DNA from: an uncultured delta proteobacterium
GTDB taxonomy: Bacteria > Desulfobacterota > Binatia > UBA9968
DNA: 64,000 nt
Direction: 5' to 3'
Assembly (NCBI GenBank): GCA_963804165.1
Contig: CAWDPO010000009.1
Span: 1-64,000 of the forward strand
This document shows, piece after piece, positions 59,287 to 64,000 of the stretch. The notes under the pieces were generated by a model that saw only the letters and a program-made list of their open reading frames with translations, was not told the origin of the DNA and did not search any database. Numbering within the stretch: position 1 is the stretch's first letter; each line of letters starts with the position of its first letter. The position numbers were made by a program, and so were the translations under genes.

Positions 59287-61611
59287 TTGTCCGTCGGTCA
59301 AACATTGCCCATGCTCGATGCCGAAGAGCGCGTCACGGGGCTCATCAACTACACGCTCAATATCGAGCTGCCCGGGATGCTGCGCGGCAAGATTTTGCGC
59401 AGCCCCGTGCCGCATGCGCGTGTCGTGCACGTAAGTGCGACCCAGGCGGAACGGCTCACGGGAGTTCGGGCGGTGCTGACGCGGGGCGATTTCGGGTTGC
59501 AGACGGGTTATACCGGCAAGTACGGACGAATCTTTCGCGATCAGTCGGTGGTCGCCTTTGACAAAGTTCGCTTTGTGGGCGATCCGGTGGCGGCGGTGGC
59601 GGCGGTGAACGAAGACGTCGCGGAGGAGGCGTTGTCCCTCATCAACGTTGACTACGAAGAACTGCCAGCGGTGTTCGATGAAGCGGAGGCGCTCAAGCCC
59701 GGCGCGCCTCTAGTGCACGATCCTCGGCCCGAGCAGCAGCCGATTTTCAGCAAGTTAATTCGGGATCTTCCCGGCGGCAGCAATCTGTGCAGCCACTTCA
59801 AGCTGCGCCACGGCGACGTCGAACACGGTTTTCGGCGAGCCGATTTTGTCTTCGAAGATGTCTTTCGTTCACCGCCGGCACAGCATGTTCCGCTCGAGCC
59901 ACACGTAACCGTCGCGCAATTGTTTCAGGGCAAACTGACCTTGTGGACTTCGACGCAGATGCCGCACGCGGTTCGTTCGCAAATGGCTGAGCTATTCAAT
60001 CTACCGCAGGCGCGGGTCAGGGTAATCGTCGAGACTTTAGGCGGTGGATTCGGCTCGAAAGGTTCGCTTAGATTAGAGCCGATTACGGCGTTCCTGGCGC
60101 TCAAGGCGAATCGACCGGTGAAAATCGTCCTGAGCAGGGAGGAAGAATTTGTCACGGTGTGTAAACACCCGGCTACTATCCGGATCAAAACCGGCGTGAT
60201 GAAAGACGGCAGCCTGGTCGCCCGCCAGGTGACCGCCGACTTTAACACCGGCGCTTACAGCGATATCGGTCCCGTCGTCGCGCGCAACGGCGGCTCGGCG
60301 ATGTCGGGACCTTATAAAATTCCTCACGTGCGCATCGACTCCCGCGCAGTTTGGACCAACATCGTGCCGGCGGGGGCACTGCGCGGCTTTGGTGTGCCGC
60401 AAGCCGTGTGGGCTTATGAGAGCCAGATGGATATGATCGCGGAACGCCTCGGGATTGATCCACTGGAATTTCGCCACAAAAATTTGCTGCGGGATCACGA
60501 TTTATTCGCCACCGGAGAAGAACTGGCTGACATGCACTTTGATGAGCTCCTCGATCGAGCTGCGGCCGGCGTGAACTGGTCATTTCGCGACATCTCTTGG
60601 CTTAACCGAGATCTCTCCGCGAATAAGGGAAGTGCGCTGCGCCGCGGCAAGGGATTGGCGCTGGTCATCAAGGCAACTATCACACCTTCGACTTCAGCGG
60701 CAGCGCTAAAGTTAAATGAAGACGGCAGTCTCAATGTTTTGACCAGTAGCGTGGAGTGCGGCCAGGGCGCAAAAACAGTATTAGCGCAGATCGCCGCGCA
60801 TGCCATGGAAGTGCCGATAAGCTGCGTATCGGTTTCCGACCCGGACACCGACCTTACGCCCTACGATCAACAAACCAGTTCCAGTCGAACGACTTACTCG
60901 ATGGGTGGGGCAATTGGTAAGTCCGCCGCCGACCTGAAGCGCCAATTATTGGATTATGCGGCAGAGATCCTCGAAGCATCGGTGAATGATCTGATTTTAG
61001 AAAACGGCAGGATAACGGTTCGAGGTAGCTCCAACCGTTCGCTCGGCTATGGCGAGATTGTGCAGCGCAGCAATCAGGGTAACCTCATCGGCCGCGGCGC
61101 CTTTAGCACGCGGGGCGGCTTAGACATGGAAACCGGACAGGGTATCGGATCGGTCCACTGGCACCAGGGGGCCATTGGTTGCGAAGTGGAAGTCGATGTC
61201 GAAACCGGCAAAATAAAAGTCCTGTCCTTGAGTCCAAGCGTCTTCGCCGGGCGCGTCGTTAACCCGCGCCTATGCGAGCTGCAACTGGAAGGTTGCGCGG
61301 TTTTTGGTTTCGGGCAGGCGCTTTTCGAGGAAATGAGTTACGACGATCACGGCCAACTGCTTAACCCAAACCTGGGCGATTACAACCTTCCCTCTTTCGA
61401 GGACATTCCAAAGAAACTAAATCTGCACGCCCTGGAACACGCCGGATCGGAGGATCTCCACGGGATCGGCGAGACGCTATTGCCGCCGGTCATGGCGGCT
61501 ATCGGAAACGCTGTTTACAACGCGGTGGGGGTGCGCATTCGGGATCTTCCTCTCACGGCGGAAAAAATATTGCGGGAACTGGGTCGGGCTGGCGCTTCAT
61601 CACCGCAGTAG
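59287..61611 (+). CDS. Xanthine dehydrogenase family molybdopterin-binding subunit #2
   Basis: LRSPVPHA, LGGGFGSK, ALRGFG, ECGQG, QLEG, GIGE. Confidence 0.95.
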   Translation: MSVGQTLPMLDAEERVTGLINYTLNIELPGMLRGKILRSPVPHARVVHVSATQAERLTGVRAVLTRGDFGLQTGYTGKYGRIFRDQSVVAFDKVRFVGDPVAAVAAVNEDVAEEALSLINVDYEELPAVFDEAEALKPGAPLVHDPRPEQQPIFSKLIRDLPGGSNLCSHFKLRHGDVEHGFRRADFVFEDVFRSPPAQHVPLEPHVTVAQLFQGKLTLWTSTQMPHAVRSQMAELFNLPQARVRVIVETLGGGFGSKGSLRLEPITAFLALKANRPVKIVLSREEEFVTVCKHPATIRIKTGVMKDGSLVARQVTADFNTGAYSDIGPVVARNGGSAMSGPYKIPHVRIDSRAVWTNIVPAGALRGFGVPQAVWAYESQMDMIAERLGIDPLEFRHKNLLRDHDLFATGEELADMHFDELLDRAAAGVNWSFRDISWLNRDLSANKGSALRRGKGLALVIKATITPSTSAAALKLNEDGSLNVLTSSVECGQGAKTVLAQIAAHAMEVPISCVSVSDPDTDLTPYDQQTSSSRTTYSMGGAIGKSAADLKRQLLDYAAEILEASVNDLILENGRITVRGSSNRSLGYGEIVQRSNQGNLIGRGAFSTRGGLDMETGQGIGSVHWHQGAIGCEVEVDVETGKIKVLSLSPSVFAGRVVNPRLCELQLEGCAVFGFGQALFEEMSYDDHGQLLNPNLGDYNLPSFEDIPKKLNLHALEHAGSEDLHGIGETLLPPVMAAIGNAVYNAVGVRIRDLPLTAEKILRELGRAGASSPQ

Positions 61612-61638
61612 AAGTTCTTCACGGCACTGAGGTTGAAA

Positions 61639-62139
61639 ATGAAACAAATCATCAAGCTCAACGTTAACGGCAGCGAAGAAGAAAAAGCGGTGCACACCCA
61701 TCATACTTTGCTGGAAGTATTGCGCGACGAATACAAATTATTTGGCGCTCGTGAAGGCTGCGGTATCGGCATGTGCGGCGCGTGCACCGTGCTCATCGAC
61801 GGCAAACCGACCAGTTCCTGCCTTCTCCTCGCCGCTTTGGCCGAAAACAGAGAGATTGTCACCATCGAGGGACTTGGCGAGCCGGGCAAATTGCATCCCA
61901 TTCAGCAGGCCTTTATAGATCACAATGCGTTTCAGTGTTCCTATTGCACGCCGGGTTTTATCTTGAGCACGAAAACCCTCCTGGCGGAGAATCCTAGCCC
62001 GACGGTAGAGGAAATCCGCCATTACCTAGCGGGAAATCTATGCCGTTGCGGTAGTTATTATAAAATTCAGGATGCGGTGCTGGATGCCGCGGCGCGCTTG
62101 CGCGGCGAAGGCTCCAACCCGGCGCGCCCGACATCGTAG
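61639..62139 (+). CDS. (2Fe-2S)-binding subunit (CoxS-like)
   Basis: GCGIGMCGACTV..SC, QCSYCTPG, GNLCRCG. Confidence 0.95.
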   Translation: MKQIIKLNVNGSEEEKAVHTHHTLLEVLRDEYKLFGAREGCGIGMCGACTVLIDGKPTSSCLLLAALAENREIVTIEGLGEPGKLHPIQQAFIDHNAFQCSYCTPGFILSTKTLLAENPSPTVEEIRHYLAGNLCRCGSYYKIQDAVLDAAARLRGEGSNPARPTS

Positions 62140-62244
62140 GCCAGGATGCTTGCGTTTGTGTGACGTTGAGAGCTCGAAGAGATCGAAATCCTTGGTTCAC
62201 TCATGGCGACTTTAATGAAAGCGAGATCAAGAGGAGGATATGAG

Positions 62245-63243
62245 ATGAAAAGAATTTCTTTTCCGATCCTGGCGATGTTTTTGTTCATGACTACGGCGCG
62301 CGCCGCGGAAGTGGAGGTGTTGAAGTCGAAGGGCAATCTCGATATCAAGCTGGGCCATCCCTCATCTATTTCTCTCTACGACTTGCCGGCGCTGCTGACC
62401 CACGAACGGTTGAATCGAAACGGCTGGAACGCGTCGAGCGTCGAGTTTACCCGCACCGATCTCAACGTCCAGGCATTGGCGCAAGGAACCATTCAGTTCG
62501 CCAATTCGCAAGTCATGGATCCAGTCCGCGCGACGCAAAAGGGCGCCAAACTCTCTTTCATTATGGAGAATAACGGCGGCGAGTTCCTGATGGTCGCCAA
62601 AAACGACATTAAAGATTGTAAGGAAATCGAGGGCAAAAGATTCGCCATCCATGGAGAAGCCTCGACTACCTCGCTCGCGGTCAAACTATGGCTGCTCAAC
62701 GATTGTAAGGTTAAGCCAAATATTATGGTGATCCCGGGCGGAGAAAACCGGATCGTCGCGCTGCAGAATAATCAGATCGACGCCACGCTCGTCCAGCTTG
62801 GCGACTGGCTGAATCTCGACGCCAAGGCACCCGGCCGCTACCGCATCATTAGGACCGGCAACCTGTTTAATATCAGCGGCGCCAGTTTTTGGGCGAATGT
62901 GGATTGGCTACGCAAAAACGAAGAGGTCGCGACCGCGTACATCGCAGAAACACTGAAAAGCTTCCGTATGGTTCACGCGAATCCGAAAATACTGGAGCCC
63001 CTGGTAGCGAAGCATCTGCCCGATTTGCCGAAAAACATCATCGCTCCCGCGATCAAAGCCTACATCGAGATCGTCCGCGCATGGCCGCAAAATGGCGGCG
63101 ACACTTCGATCCTCGATGATACGGTCAAGTTTTTTACCGACAATGGCGAGCTAAAGACCGCCATAAACACAAAGGAGCTCGTCGACTCGAAAATTCTCGC
63201 CGGCGCGCTGAGCAAAGTCGGCAAAGTCGCCGGCGCGCGCTAG
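62245..63243 (+). CDS. ABC substrate-binding protein, NMT1/SsuA-like
   Basis: GAGGAGG RBS, signal MKRISF..ARA, QALAQG, GKRFAIH, ALQNNQIDAT. Confidence 0.85.
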   Translation: MKRISFPILAMFLFMTTARAAEVEVLKSKGNLDIKLGHPSSISLYDLPALLTHERLNRNGWNASSVEFTRTDLNVQALAQGTIQFANSQVMDPVRATQKGAKLSFIMENNGGEFLMVAKNDIKDCKEIEGKRFAIHGEASTTSLAVKLWLLNDCKVKPNIMVIPGGENRIVALQNNQIDATLVQLGDWLNLDAKAPGRYRIIRTGNLFNISGASFWANVDWLRKNEEVATAYIAETLKSFRMVHANPKILEPLVAKHLPDLPKNIIAPAIKAYIEIVRAWPQNGGDTSILDDTVKFFTDNGELKTAINTKELVDSKILAGALSKVGKVAGAR

Positions 63244-63345
63244 AGAAATGTATTCATCGCATTTTGGTGCCCTGAGATGCCTGGCGGCCGCCCAATCCAC
63301 CCGAGGTTTAAAAGCTCTGATTGAAAAGCCTGGGTTCGTAGTCCC

Positions 63346-64000
63346 ATGAAGAAACGCATCGTCCTGGATTGGGGCCTTAGGCTCGCAGTTTTTATCGCGG
63401 CAGTTGGGCTGTGGGAGCTTTTTGTCAGCACTTCGCAGAACTTTCTTTTGCCCCGATTCACCGACGTGGCAAGCGGTCTCTTTCGTCTATTGTTTTTCGA
63501 AGCCAGGTTTTGGGAAGCTCTTTATATCAGTAATCAAGCGCTCATTTTAGGTTTCGGCATCTCAGTCGTCATAGGAATCCCTTTGGGATTGCTCGCCGGA
63601 CGATTCCGCTGGATGGATCGCCTTCTCAACCCCTATGTCGGCGTGCTGTTGACCATGCCGGTGGCGCCGATGATACCGATCGTGATCATCGCGTTGGGAT
63701 TGGGAATCGCTGCGCGAGTGTTCATCGTCGTTCTGTTTGCTTTCGTGTTTATCACCGTCAATACCCGCGCCGGTGTGCGCGGCGTGGAAGCCTCGCTCAT
63801 CGAAATGGCTAAATCATTCGGCGCGAGCGAGGGCCAAATCTGGCGCAGAATCGTGATACCCGGAGCGATGCCCGCCATCTTTGCCGGCATGCGAATCGGT
63901 CTGGGCCGCGCCATCACCGGCATGGTCATGGTCGAGCTGATTTTAGTCGCCAGCGGTTTAGGCCGCTTATTACTGGAATTCTCCGGCCGCATGCAGTCGG
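63346..64000 (+). CDS. ABC permease, SsuC/TauC-like, 3' partial (absent from ORF track)
   Basis: Manual translation MKKRIVLDWG..GIPLGLLAG..LIEMAKSFGASEGQIWRRIVIPGAMPAIFAGMRIG (EAA loop). Confidence 0.9.
   Translation, partial: MKKRIVLDWGLRLAVFIAAVGLWELFVSTSQNFLLPRFTDVASGLFRLLFFEARFWEALYISNQALILGFGISVVIGIPLGLLAGRFRWMDRLLNPYVGVLLTMPVAPMIPIVIIALGLGIAARVFIVVLFAFVFITVNTRAGVRGVEASLIEMAKSFGASEGQIWRRIVIPGAMPAIFAGMRIGLGRAITGMVMVELILVASGLGRLLLEFSGRMQS

Noticed and set aside
55899-62139. Aerobic CO dehydrogenase
   Set aside because: Active-site loops are AFRGYG and ALRGFG, not AYxCSFR; no cox accessory genes

Overview
About 57% GC bacterial chromosome segment. The gene content (many orphan NMT1/SsuA-type solute-binding proteins, six UbiD decarboxylases, gentisate-dioxygenase-like cupins, short intergenic repeats) resembles Candidatus Binatia/Binatota-type deltaproteobacterial metagenome bins; this is an inference. 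Frequent single-base frameshifts at 1-6.4 kb and 15.8-28.3 kb look like long-read consensus errors. Layout: (i) 3.0-7.2 kb is a mobile-DNA scar with a GST integron gene cassette, a degenerate attC and possible attI remnant, an IS5 with TTAA flanks, a truncated tyrosine-recombinase/IS91 element and a RAYT remnant. (ii) 7.9-10.5 kb is gene-poor and carries three sigma54-type promoters, upstream of microproteins and of two architecturally matched hairpin RNAs with C-rich anti-Shine-Dalgarno-like loops. (iii) 10.5-40.5 kb is catabolic, including a DapA-like/heme-oxygenase-like diiron enzyme/UbiD cluster and a UbiD-cupin-ABC operon whose lead UbiD lacks canonical catalytic residues. (iv) A core block holds an integrase remnant, tRNA-Gly, pgsA, an SLT, a Nudix hydrolase, tRNA-Arg(UCG), a LysM protein and cysS. 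(v) A LysR-associated DUF3891-amidohydrolase-UbiD x2-molybdenum hydroxylase (two large subunits)-ABC operon runs off the right edge. No database searches were run; all family calls come from motif recognition.
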